A DNA stretch of 23,730 bases from NCBI GenBank assembly GCA_002779075.1, contig PEXK01000053.1, positions 1 through 23,730 on the forward strand, in the 5' to 3' direction. The translations under genes were made by a program, and so were the position numbers. The notes under the pieces are model-generated. The model was given only the letters and a program-made list of their open reading frames with translations. It was not told the origin of the DNA and did no database searches. This DNA is from Candidatus Diapherotrites archaeon CG08_land_8_20_14_0_20_30_16. GTDB lineage: Archaea; Iainarchaeota; Iainarchaeia; Iainarchaeales; 0-14-0-20-30-16. Below are positions 1-15,100 of this stretch, one piece after another. Within the stretch, counting starts at the first letter, position 1; each line of letters begins with the position of its first letter.

Positions 1-1
1 T

Positions 2-1525
2 ACTGGCGATTACCTTTGTGATGCAAATCAAATTGTTTTAGGATCTGATGAAAATTATTATGATTCATTGCCTTTAACAACAACTAGGTCTGCAGAAATG
101 CAAGCAACTGATATTTCTCTTAATAGTTCTGTTTCAGGAACAACTAGTACAGCAACATGTACTGTAAGAAATAATGGCGATGTTAGTGGAACACCTGCAA
201 CTGTTAAATTGTATGTTGAAAATGTTTTAACTGATACAAATTCAACTGCTCAGACAGTTACTGCGGGTTCAACAAAAACTTATGCTTTAGATTGGGCACC
301 AGCTCCAACAGTTCAAACAGTTTATGATTTAAATTGTGTTGTTACATATACAGATTGGAGCTCATCAAATAATAATTATGCAACAACAAAAACAATTGGT
401 GGAGTAAGTTCAAGTAAGAAGTCAGGAATAGATCTCAAAGCAATGTCTTTGACTTATGTTTCTCCAAGCCCAGTAAATAAAGAAGTAAGTTTTGATTTTG
501 TTTTCAAAAATGCAGGCACAAAAACAGCAACAAGTGATTATACTGCAACATTATCAATTACAAAAAAAGGATCAGAAGTAAAGAAATGTACACAAAAATA
601 CACTGAAGACTTGGACAAAAGCGCATCAAAAACATTTAATTGTAAATGGATGCCAACAGAAACAGAATTGTATTCTTTATTACCAACAATAGATTATTCT
701 GGAACAGATGATTCAGCTTCAAATGATACTTTAAGCGACAAGGTAATACAAATAACAGATACAAATGCTGTAATTGGTTCACAAGATTCAAACAAACCAG
801 TCCAAGGTACAAAAATTATTGATGAAAACAAGATATTGCAAGAATATTCTGACATAAATTCTTTAATCAAGGATATGAACATAGCTATTTATGGTCTGAA
901 TTTGTTTTTGCCAGACACAAATTCAATTTATCTGCCAGTAACAGTAACAAGAGATTTCAACTGCTACAAGGATGTGAATGATGCAAATAAAGAGAAATGC
1001 AATATTACTTTAACTTTGAAAAATACAGGGGACAAAAACATATCTAATTATTTCTATTATGAGATCCTTCCAGATTTAAATAACAACGCAAGAAAATTGA
1101 AGTTTGATATTAACTTCTTGGACATAAATAAAGAAATGAAGTTAACGTATGCTTTAGCAGGCCCAGTAGACAAGAACACATATCCTGCCTTTTTTGGAAT
1201 AATGTTGAAAGAAGACATCTATGCAAAAGAAGATACTACTATCAAAGAAGAGGGTTGGGACTTTAAAATATCTGGTACAACTTTGTATTGGTGTGTTGTT
1301 GGATTAGTTATTATTCTTGTATGTATAGCTATTATCTTTTATTTCAAAGGAAGAAGTTCAGGGTTCAAATATTACAAGCATTATGAATCAAGAATTCAAG
1401 AACCGACGCCAAGTTGGAAAGGTCTTGGTGCAAGTGATGAGAAACTCAAGTACAAATCAGGAAATCACAAACTAAAAGAAACTCCTGTCTCTTCCTCAGA
1501 ACATAAATACAAAGGCTGGAATTAG
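2..1525 (+). CDS. Membrane-anchored cell-surface protein with CARDB/Ig-like repeats (5' end cut by the window edge)
   Basis: The frame is open from nt 2 (TGDYLCDANQIVLGSDENYYDS precedes the TTG at 68), so the listed TTG start is probably internal. There are at least three repeated modules with the CARDB-like pattern x-V-x-N-x-G: TCTVRNNGDVSG, FDFVFKNAGTKTA and ITLTLKNTGDKNIS. A single C-terminal hydrophobic helix (LYWCVVGLVIILVCIAIIFYF) is followed by a basic tail. Stop TAG at 1523-1525. Confidence 0.7.
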   Translation, partial: TGDYLCDANQIVLGSDENYYDSLPLTTTRSAEMQATDISLNSSVSGTTSTATCTVRNNGDVSGTPATVKLYVENVLTDTNSTAQTVTAGSTKTYALDWAPAPTVQTVYDLNCVVTYTDWSSSNNNYATTKTIGGVSSSKKSGIDLKAMSLTYVSPSPVNKEVSFDFVFKNAGTKTATSDYTATLSITKKGSEVKKCTQKYTEDLDKSASKTFNCKWMPTETELYSLLPTIDYSGTDDSASNDTLSDKVIQITDTNAVIGSQDSNKPVQGTKIIDENKILQEYSDINSLIKDMNIAIYGLNLFLPDTNSIYLPVTVTRDFNCYKDVNDANKEKCNITLTLKNTGDKNISNYFYYEILPDLNNNARKLKFDINFLDINKEMKLTYALAGPVDKNTYPAFFGIMLKEDIYAKEDTTIKEEGWDFKISGTTLYWCVVGLVIILVCIAIIFYFKGRSSGFKYYKHYESRIQEPTPSWKGLGASDEKLKYKSGNHKLKETPVSSSEHKYKGWN

Positions 1526-1644
1526 TACACTAGACAAGCCATTTTTATATACTGCGAGGTTGTGACATTAGACCTGCTAATTTTATATGGTGCGAGGGTG
1601 TAAACACTAGACAAGATATTTTTATATGTAACTAGGGTTAATTA
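1526..1644 (+). repeat. Three tandem 38-39 bp intergenic repeats, each with a TTTATAT (TATA-box-like) core followed by (C/G)TGCGAGG or a degenerate version
   Basis: Direct reading. TTTATAT occurs at 1544-1550, 1582-1588 and 1621-1627. CACTAGACAAG(n2)ATTTTTATAT occurs twice, starting at 1528 and 1605. CTGCGAGGTT is at 1552-1561 and GTGCGAGGGT at 1590-1599. The array fills the whole spacer between two convergent genes and overlaps the stop codon (1642-1644) of the HAD gene. Confidence 0.8.
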
Positions 1645-2268
1645 GTGTTTTTCTTTCTCTTGTTTTTCTAAATATTTCTTTAAACTTTTTAAACTAGTTA
1701 TTTTCTCTTTTACTTCTTTATGTTCATTTTTTCTGTCAAGCAACAGGGTGTTGATACTCTGTTCTTTTGGAATAGAATAATCATTTTTGTAATCATTGCC
1801 TACGTGTAGCATTTCATTTAATTTTACATTCATCTTTTTTGCACAAATCTCAAATATTTCTTTATCTGGTTTTTGCATTTCATATTGATAGGATATTATA
1901 ATAGAATCAAATAGTTTTGCATAGCCCCAATCTTTTAAACACTCTCCAGTAACAAATGAAGCATTGCTTATTATGCCCAATTTGTATTTTTTCATTAAGG
2001 GCACAATACATTCAAAGTCTGTAAATTCTGTAAAGCTTTCAGTGTGTTTCCTGATTAAAGCATCAACATGTTTCATTTCTTTGTATCCCACTACACTTTT
2101 GAAATAGTGCAGGAATTCATCTTTTGTTTGTTTTTTTACGGACATGTTGTTTGCATAGCTTTTTCCTAGTTTTTCAGCAATATATTTCATTAAATTGTTA
2201 TGTGAAGTTGGGTTTGTATCTCTAATCAATGTATTCCACAAATCAAATGTTATTGCTTTTATAGGCAT
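1642..2268 (-). CDS. HAD-superfamily hydrolase (subfamily IA, dehalogenase-like motif I variant)
   Basis: All four HAD motifs are readable: I = FDLWNTL (nucleophile Asp, second Asp replaced as in the DxYxT dehalogenase-type enzymes), II = GIISNAS, III = QKPDKEIF, IV = HVGNDYKNDY. ATG start at 2268. Confidence 0.8.
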   Translation of the reverse strand: MPIKAITFDLWNTLIRDTNPTSHNNLMKYIAEKLGKSYANNMSVKKQTKDEFLHYFKSVVGYKEMKHVDALIRKHTESFTEFTDFECIVPLMKKYKLGIISNASFVTGECLKDWGYAKLFDSIIISYQYEMQKPDKEIFEICAKKMNVKLNEMLHVGNDYKNDYSIPKEQSINTLLLDRKNEHKEVKEKITSLKSLKKYLEKQEKEKH

Positions 2269-2424
2269 AATATAATAGTTATAAGAAGATATAAAAGAGT
2301 TACTTTAAACTACTAGTTAAATAGAAGTTTAAATTTGCAATTAACTCTTTAATTAAACATAATTGTTATTCGAAAGGTATTTATTTGATTAAAAGGTGAT
2401 ATATATAAAAAGAAAGTGATACTT

Positions 2425-3114
2425 ATGGATTTAGATAATTCTTTAATTGTATTTGGAGGTACTAAAATAAGGCGAATTTGGCATAATGAAGAATGGTGGT
2501 TTTCGATTGTTGATATTATAGAGATATTAACAGATAGTTCAAGAGCTAGAAAATATTGGTCTGATTTGAAAGTTAAACTTATAGATGAAGGTTTTGAGTT
2601 GTCCGAAAAAATCGGACAACTGAAATTGCAATCAGCAGATGGCAAATATTATGAAACTGATTGTGCTAACACTAAAAATATGTTTAGAATTATTCAATCT
2701 GTACCTTCACCAAAAGTAGAATCATTAAAACAATGGTTGGCGCAAGTAGGTTATGAACGGATTCAAGAGATTGAAGATCCAGAATTAGCTCAAAAACGTA
2801 TGAAAGAAATATATAAAGCTAAAGGTTATTCTGATAATTGGATTGAAAAGAGAGTTAGAGGAATAGCAATAAGGGATGAGCTTACTGATGAGTGGAAGAA
2901 AAGAGATGTGAAAACAGATAAAGAGTATGCTATACTTACTGCCGAAATTTCAAAGGCTGCATTTGGGATAACTCCAAGTGAATATAAAGAGTTAAAAGGT
3001 TTAAAAAAAGAGAATTTAAGAGATCATATGACTGATTTAGAATTGATTTTTACAATGTTGGGCGATGCATCTACAATCAGAATTGCAAAAAATAAAGATG
3101 TTAAGGATTCATAG
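2425..3114 (+). CDS. Bro-N domain / phage-antirepressor-like protein (DinD-like family), N-terminal 5/6; reading frame broken near 3104
   Basis: The N-terminus (IRRIWHNEEWWFSIVDIIEILTDSSRARKYWSDLKVKL, then QLKLQSADGKYYETDCA and IQSVPSPKVESLKQWLAQVGYERIQEIEDPELA) matches the widespread Bro-N family I recognise from bacterial and phage genomes. The ORF track starts at GTG 2416, but ATG 2425 is preceded by GTGAT (2415-2419) and is the more likely start. Confidence 0.75.
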   Translation: MDLDNSLIVFGGTKIRRIWHNEEWWFSIVDIIEILTDSSRARKYWSDLKVKLIDEGFELSEKIGQLKLQSADGKYYETDCANTKNMFRIIQSVPSPKVESLKQWLAQVGYERIQEIEDPELAQKRMKEIYKAKGYSDNWIEKRVRGIAIRDELTDEWKKRDVKTDKEYAILTAEISKAAFGITPSEYKELKGLKKENLRDHMTDLELIFTMLGDASTIRIAKNKDVKDS

Positions 3115-3293
3115 AAAATAAGACCGCAGCAAAAGAAGGCGGAACTGTTGTAGGAATTGCAAGAAAAGAATTAGAACTTAGAAGTAATCAATCTGTTATT
3201 ACCCAAGAGAACTATTTGGATTTGTCAGAAAAAGAAAAAAGATTGAAGTTTAAAAAACAAATAATTAAGACTTTTGATTATAATTTAAAGTGA
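3105..3293 (+). pseudogene. Out-of-frame C-terminal continuation of the Bro-N gene (frame shifted relative to 2425-3114)
   Basis: Translating from 3105 gives GFIENKTAAKEGGTVVGIARKELELRSNQSVITQENYLDLSEKEKRLKFKKQIIKTFDYNLK*. The block ENK-x-AAKEGG-x-V-x-G-x-ARKELE...NYL is the conserved C-terminus of this Bro-N family. The TGA stop at 3291-3293 lies within a GTGAT SD-like motif just upstream of the next gene's ATG at 3300, which fits this being the original gene end. Confidence 0.6.
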
Positions 3294-3299
3294 TAATAA

Positions 3300-4280
3300 A
3301 TGCAAAATAAAACAACTGTTAAATGGTATGGTAATCCTAATCCAAAAACAAATTTGAATGAGATAGGTAATACATCAATAATATTGATAAAATATCCTAA
3401 TTGTTGCCCAATTTTAGCAAAGGCAGAATATTTAAATCCAACAGGAAGTCATAAAGATAGGGCTATATTGAAAATAATTCAAAGCTTGGAAAAAGAAAAT
3501 AAAATAAACCCAGGGAAAACAACATTGGTTGATTATACTTCTGGAAATGATGGCGCTAGCTTAGCATTTATTGGGAAAGAAAAGGGATATAAAACAATTT
3601 CAGTTATGCCTGAAAATATGACAATAGAAAGAAAAGACCAAATAAAACAACAAGGTGGAGAATTAATATTAACGCCAAGATATGAATTCCTAAAAGGTGC
3701 AAGATTAAAAGCAGAACAATTAGTAAAAGAAAACAAAAATTATTATTTAATTAATCAATCAGATAATCCATTGAATGTCGTAGCATTCAAAGATTTAGGC
3801 ATAGAATTTGTTGATTTTTTAACAAAAGAACAAATTGAACCAAAAGTTTTTGTTGGCGCAATTGGCACAGGAGCTAGTACTTCTGGAATCTGTTCAATAC
3901 TAAAAGACAAATATAAATCTATTTTTTGTGTTGGTTTTGAACCATTGGAAGCTGCAACTACATTCTCACAAAAGTATAATATATCTGCAGGGATTAAAGA
4001 ACACAAATTAATTGGAACAGGTCCAGGAAAAGTAGCAGTGAATACAAATGTCAAATTGCTGGATTATATTGAATTAATACGTTCTTTTGATACAAATTCT
4101 TTAGAATTAACTGAAGGGGATAAATTACTTAAAGAATTAAATCTATCTTGCGGTAGAACATCTAAAGCAGCAATTTATTTAGCAAAGAAATGTGCTGAAA
4201 TGCTTGGTGAAAACAATGGTTGCATTTTGACTGTGTTTTATGATGCTGGTTGGAAATATTTCAGTGAAGATAAAAAATAA
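3300..4280 (+). CDS. PLP-dependent enzyme of the cysteine synthase / cystathionine beta-synthase (PALP) family
   Basis: The Schiff-base lysine motif AEYLNPTGSHKDRA is present. TSGNDGASLAF corresponds to the TSGNTG loop, and GAIGTGASTSG to the glycine-rich phosphate-binding loop. Both loops deviate from canonical CysK, so substrate specificity is uncertain. Confidence 0.75.
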   Translation: MQNKTTVKWYGNPNPKTNLNEIGNTSIILIKYPNCCPILAKAEYLNPTGSHKDRAILKIIQSLEKENKINPGKTTLVDYTSGNDGASLAFIGKEKGYKTISVMPENMTIERKDQIKQQGGELILTPRYEFLKGARLKAEQLVKENKNYYLINQSDNPLNVVAFKDLGIEFVDFLTKEQIEPKVFVGAIGTGASTSGICSILKDKYKSIFCVGFEPLEAATTFSQKYNISAGIKEHKLIGTGPGKVAVNTNVKLLDYIELIRSFDTNSLELTEGDKLLKELNLSCGRTSKAAIYLAKKCAEMLGENNGCILTVFYDAGWKYFSEDKK

Positions 4281-4376
4281 ATGGAATAATATTCAAATTT
4301 TAGTATATCTCAGCATATGTTGCTTATAGCAAAGCACCATGTGCAATGCGGTATTTTTTCTTTTGACACGACTGGA

Positions 4377-4407
4377 GACTTTTCTATTTTTTGAAAAAAG
4401 AAAAGTC
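4377..4407. terminator. Inverted repeat between convergent genes (possible bidirectional terminator)
   Basis: GACTTTTC (4377-4384) pairs with GAAAAGTC (4400-4407), and the inner TTTTTT/AAAAAA also pairs. T-runs flank it on both strands. It abuts the gyrB stop codon at 4408-4410. Confidence 0.45.
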
Positions 4408-9973
<5,566 letters not shown>

Positions 9974-10203
9974 CTATAAATAGTTCCCAGAAATTGATGA
10001 ATTTCCTTAATATATAATATATATAATTATATATATAAATGAATCGATTTGATATCACTTATACATTACTTTTATGTTTGAATCTTTAGAAACTCTTTTT
10101 AAAAAGCGTTGTCAAATCCAGATTTAAAATGAAGATTTATAATGCAATAACAAAGAAAAAGATTATGTCCAAAAGAAATTATCATTAATTATAGTATTTC
10201 TTT

Positions 10204-11085
10204 TTAAGCAATATCTTTTTTAGAGAATACAGACATTGCGACAATTAAGATTATAATAGACAAAACAACAGTTATAACCAAAAATAGAGTTAGACTTGAT
10301 GTGTAGTTTTGAACTATTATTCGTGGTGCATTTGAAATACCTGAGTCTATTTTGTAAAATACATCTCCATAGGCAGTACTTATAAAAGAAATGCTGTTTG
10401 AAACATTTCCAGAATCTATTAAAACAGAAACTGTTGAAGCAAATACTGGTTTTACAATATTTGGAATAATACTGATCTGCAATGCACTTTCATTTATTAT
10501 TGGTAAAATATATAATGCGAGTATTATTCCTATCATTATTAAAAAAACAGTTATACTGTGTTTGAATATTGTTGAAAATAATATTGATATTGAAACAAAA
10601 ATAGTTGAAAACAAAATAGAAAAAACATAAAACACTAAAGATAATTTCCAAATGATTGGCAGAATATTTGTTGATGCTCCAAAAAATAAATTCATCAAAG
10701 TAGGAACAAAAAGAAAAATAAAAGCATTTATTATTGCGATGTATCCCAATATTCCTAAGAATTTTCCTATTATGAATTCTTTTCTGCTTAAAGGCCTGGT
10801 AAAAAGCATCAATGCTGTTCCACTATTTAATTCTTTGTTTATGCTTCCTGATGCAATATAACAAATATATATCAAAAATGGAGCACCTGCAGATATTAAT
10901 AAAGCCCAAACAAAATAATTTGAAGCAATACCTGCTTCTATTTCATTTATGCCCAAATAACTACTTATTCCTAAGTTGAATAGAATTGCAAAAATTATCA
11001 CTATTGCAAAGTATATCAAATTATTTTTGATTTTGAGATTTTCAAATATTGTTCTTTTTGCAATTTGCAATATACTCAACACCAT
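10204..11085 (-). CDS. ABC-2 type transporter permease (NosY/GldF-like polytopic membrane protein)
   Basis: About six hydrophobic helices with a larger extracytoplasmic loop before the last helix. Its ATG lies 1 nt after the stop of the upstream ATPase gene (AAAGGTGAAATG). The family call rests on topology and context, not on a strong motif. Confidence 0.7.
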   Translation of the reverse strand: MVLSILQIAKRTIFENLKIKNNLIYFAIVIIFAILFNLGISSYLGINEIEAGIASNYFVWALLISAGAPFLIYICYIASGSINKELNSGTALMLFTRPLSRKEFIIGKFLGILGYIAIINAFIFLFVPTLMNLFFGASTNILPIIWKLSLVFYVFSILFSTIFVSISILFSTIFKHSITVFLIMIGIILALYILPIINESALQISIIPNIVKPVFASTVSVLIDSGNVSNSISFISTAYGDVFYKIDSGISNAPRIIVQNYTSSLTLFLVITVVLSIIILIVAMSVFSKKDIA

Positions 11086-11086
11086 T

Positions 11087-12100
11087 TCACCTTTTGAACA
11101 TTCCGCCCAAATTATCTTCTTTTTTTTCAGGTTCTTTTATTTCTATAGTTTTGCCATCGTCTTTTAATAATCCTAAAACAACATCCCATAGAGATTCATC
11201 CTTTATTGTCATATTCGAAACATTGATGTTTTCTTTTACTATTGCCTGCATTATTGTTTTTTGGATTTTTGCAGCATCCTGTTTTGCTGGCAAAATTACT
11301 TTTGAATCTGTTTGTGTTGCTTCTAGTCCTAATTTTTTTACAATTGCCAAAATTTTAGTTACATCATTCTGATTTGTAGCCAATATTTCTATTGTTTTTG
11401 ATGTTTTTTGTTTTATTTCATTTAAACTCGCATCAAGAATTATTCTTCCATGATTTATTACAATAATATCATCGATTAATTTTTCTAGTTCCTCAATATG
11501 GTGGCTGGAAATTAATACTGTAGTATTATTTTTTTTGCACATTTCTTTTAATACGCCTATTAATTGTTCCTGTGCAATAGGATCTAGATTTGCTGTTGGT
11601 TCGTCCAATATCAATATTTTTGGATTGTGAATTATTGCTTGTGCAAATGATATTTTTTTCTTCATGCCTGAGCTGAATCTTCCTATTGCTCTTTTTTTTG
11701 CTTCCTCTAAACCCAAAGCATTAATCAGAGTTTCTGTTCTTTCTTTTGCTAAATTACTAGGCAATCCAGAAAGTGAAGCCATCATTAACAAGTAATCTTT
11801 TGCATTCATATCTTCATAGAAAGTGTCTTTTTCAGGCATATATCCTATTATCTTTCTAATTTCGGAATCATTAATACTCCCGCCATTTAATTTGATATCT
11901 CCTGATGTTGATTGCAATAACCCTAACAATAACTTAATTGTTGTTGATTTTCCTGCACCATTTGGACCTACAAAACCACAAATCTTGCCACTTGAAACTT
12001 TAAAAGACACATTGTCAACAGCTCTGAATAACCCCCTTGAAGTTGAGAATTCCTTCGTCAAATTTTTTACTTCAATACTAGGTCTTATCTCTGTGTCCAT
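11087..12100 (-). CDS. ABC transporter ATP-binding protein (CcmA/NosF-like, with a C-terminal extra domain)
   Basis: Walker A GPNGAGKST, signature FSSGMKKK, Walker B ILILDEPTANLD, and H-loop SSHHIEE. ATG 12100 is preceded by GGTGAT with a 6-nt spacer; the ORF track's upstream start at 12115 is less likely. It overlaps the upstream gene's end by 16 nt. Confidence 0.9.
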   Translation of the reverse strand: MDTEIRPSIEVKNLTKEFSTSRGLFRAVDNVSFKVSSGKICGFVGPNGAGKSTTIKLLLGLLQSTSGDIKLNGGSINDSEIRKIIGYMPEKDTFYEDMNAKDYLLMMASLSGLPSNLAKERTETLINALGLEEAKKRAIGRFSSGMKKKISFAQAIIHNPKILILDEPTANLDPIAQEQLIGVLKEMCKKNNTTVLISSHHIEELEKLIDDIIVINHGRIILDASLNEIKQKTSKTIEILATNQNDVTKILAIVKKLGLEATQTDSKVILPAKQDAAKIQKTIMQAIVKENINVSNMTIKDESLWDVVLGLLKDDGKTIEIKEPEKKEDNLGGMFKR

Positions 12101-15100
12101 TTGTAAATCACCCAACTTATAAGAATAATTATCAAACTAATAAAAATAATTACAGATAATATTGATTTGTCTGAAGAATAATTAACATTGATTTCTGCAT
12201 TATCGACAACATAAACATTGTTTTGCGTTAATGCTACAGTTACATTGTAAGTTCCACTTTTCAATCTAAGTTTTGTTTGATCACCATAAGTCATACTATT
12301 AAAAATACTCCACTCATTTTCACTTAGATTATAAAAAATAATCTTTCTTACATCTTTATATTGTGAATTAAATTCAAGAATTGTACCATCATCTGTAGCA
12401 TATGAATTTGAAATTATTTTTGGGGTATTTGGTTTAAATTCTTGTGTTCCCAAAAAGACTTTCCCATCTTTATAATTTAAAGGCAAAGCACTCATCAAAA
12501 TTATCTTTTTCTGATCTAAATCCACAACAGTATTCAAATTTGGCTGTGAAATCTGAATGGGCAGAGTTCCATAATTTAGAATAGTTAAATAATCTCCAGT
12601 TATTTTTATTTTGTTTGTTGTATTTCCTCCTCCGTAGTAGTGTCCTTTTTGTTTTTCCTGTGCAGTTAGTTTGTAATTTTCTTCTAGATTTTTGTTATAG
12701 CAATATAGTGTTGGTACTTCTTCTCTAAAGTTTATAGTAACAAAGTCCAAAGCATTATCTTTATCACAATCATATAATCCAAAATAATCTTCAACAGGTT
12801 CTTCTAGCTTAATTGGTACTTTGAAATAGCTATTTTTAGTGAACACAACAGTAGGGCTGGAATCTTCATTTGCTCCAAAGACTAAAAAATCTCCCACTTT
12901 TGTCACTTTCGAAAAATTTCCTTTTATCTGGTCTATAAAAGAAACATTTGTACTGTAAACATATAAGTTTGATCTTGTTGGCAATATAATGTAATCACCA
13001 TAAGAATATGTGAACAAATTCAATAATGAATTTGTCTGAAAATCTACTGTTTTTTTCCACAATATTTGATTACTTTCTATGCTTATTGCTCTTAGTTGTC
13101 CTTTTTCATTCTCTGTGCTCATTATCAATAAATCGTTTTGCCCCTTTTTGTCCAAATCAGGCAAACAGGTTGTGCGTGTGAAATATATATTGTTTATATC
13201 GCGAAGATTCTCCAAATAAGTGTATCTTTCGCTGTTATCTGTTTTTATGTTGGTTTTATATATAAAGTTATTTTGAAGAGTTGAGATTACATATTGGCCA
13301 CAGATAGTTGCTTGTGAAATTGTAAATCTTGTTAACTCTTCTTCACTTTTAACATCATATTTTTGTCTTAGATTAGTTAATTTGTATAGTTCATTTTGTA
13401 ATGCATATAGTTCTGGCTCTGTGCTTTGTTTTTGTTTTTCTAAAGCTGATTTTTTTGCATTAGTACTAGTTAATTTTTTTCCCAAGTCTGAAATATCTTT
13501 GTCTAAATCTTCTACATCATCTTTTTCTGCATTTGCGTCCAAACCCTGTGCTATTTTTGCTTGCATTAACCCGTATTTAATTGTTCTTTGATTTTGAAGA
13601 TTTTGTAAATCGCTATTATATTGTGCAATCTCATTTGTATAATCATTTATTTCTTTGTTTAAACTCGTGTTAGTTGCGTTTTTTGCAAGGATCTTTTTAT
13701 TAAGGTCTCCTATATTTTTGTCAAAATCTGTAAGTATAGTTTCAATTTCATCTAATGTTGGTACAAAATTAATATTGAGGAGTTTTTTATTTTCTGGCCT
13801 GAAAATTATAACCCCTGCTTTCAAATTAGGAGGATATTTTTTTGGAAATAGCACAATTTCAGTAAACAAATCTTTATCTATGTCCCCATAATCAACAATT
13901 TTTTCAATACTCACTTCTTTATTTATGCTTAAAAATCCTGAGCTTCCCTTATAAGTGTATTTAAAAGGGGGTTCTCTTTGAATTGTAAGCTCAGATTTCC
14001 CAAGTATTTCTGAAAATGCAGGTTTTGTTTCTAAAGAAGTATATAATACCCCTTTTTTGTATAGTTTTATTCCGTTTGTTATTGTCTCAAGTAATAGATC
14101 TTCATTAATTATTTTAATGTTGTAAGATGCTTCTTTTGGAATCTTGTATTTTTTTGTTGTATTTTTTGTTTCAACGTCATAAATAAAAACAAATCCATTT
14201 TTATCCACAAAATATAATTTTGGATAAACACAGGTTATTGCTCCTGCATATGTTAGTTTTGATATTTCTTGATTATCAACCATTAATGTTGAAGTATCAT
14301 TATCAACAAAGTAACTGCTTTTTCCACAACTTTGAATGTTTGCTTGTTGCTGTTTAGAAAAATCACTTTTCTGAGCTTTATTTATAACATTTAAGTAAGC
14401 ATCAAAGATGATGTACTTTGTTTGTGCATTGTATGAATTTTCGCTGATTTTTATTTGATCATTTATAATTTCTGGTTTAGACATATAATTATCAAATGTA
14501 AAACTTTTGATTAGTTCAAAACCACTATTTAAAGAGTAGATTGTTTTTTGACCAAAAATAATTATATTATTGCCTAATAGTTTTATATCTTGAATAGAAC
14601 TATCTATTTGATATACTTTTGTAAGTGTTACATTTAGGTTTAGTTTGTAAATATTATTTAAAGCACTGACATAAATGTTATCATTTATTTTGATCATAGT
14701 ATTTGCAATAATTGGTATTGTACTCCCATAAACAGTTATTGACTCGTCATTGGATTTTACTATTTCTCCATTTGATGCATCTAATATTTTTATGCTTGGT
14801 GTGAATATGTTTTGTCCAATTATTACTATTTCTTTTTTTGAATCATTTGTAATATCTTCAAATTCCTCAATATTTGAAATATTTGATTCATCATTGTATG
14901 TCCAGTTTATTTTACCATTTTCTATTGCATAGACTGTTTGGTTTATAGTGATGTAGTCTGTTTTGTCTGTATTTAAATAGTAACTTTTTTCATTACTTTG
15001 ACTAATGTCTACTTTTTCATATTTAGAATATACGCCAGGTAGACTTATAGTTAAAAAAAGAAGTAGTAAAATAAATCCTACAAAAATAATCTTGTTTTTC

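Noticed and set aside
2349-2645. 98-aa minus-strand ORF overlapping the Bro-N gene start and its upstream region
   Set aside because: It overlaps the well-supported Bro-N coding frame and has no motif or SD. It is probably a chance ORF in AT-rich DNA.
10008-10042. (TA)-rich tract TTAATATATAATATATATAATTATATATATAAAT upstream of gyrA. It shares the 14-mer TAATATATAATATA with 15104-15117 and resembles 22514-22528. I considered it as an origin DUE, a CRISPR-like repeat or a shared operator.
   Set aside because: The tract is low-complexity alternating TA that would recur by chance in promoters of this composition. The distances to the respective start codons differ (about 36 nt versus 2 nt). No ORB-like flanking repeats or cdc6/orc1 gene are present. 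It is most simply promoter TATA-like sequence.
10128-10187. 19-codon plus-strand mini-ORF (MKIYNAITKKKIMSKRNYH*) in the gyrA/permease intergenic region
   Set aside because: It is too short, has no SD, and is compositionally indistinguishable from the surrounding AT-rich spacer. The nearby palindrome CTTTTTAAAAAG (10094-10105) is more likely terminator or promoter sequence.
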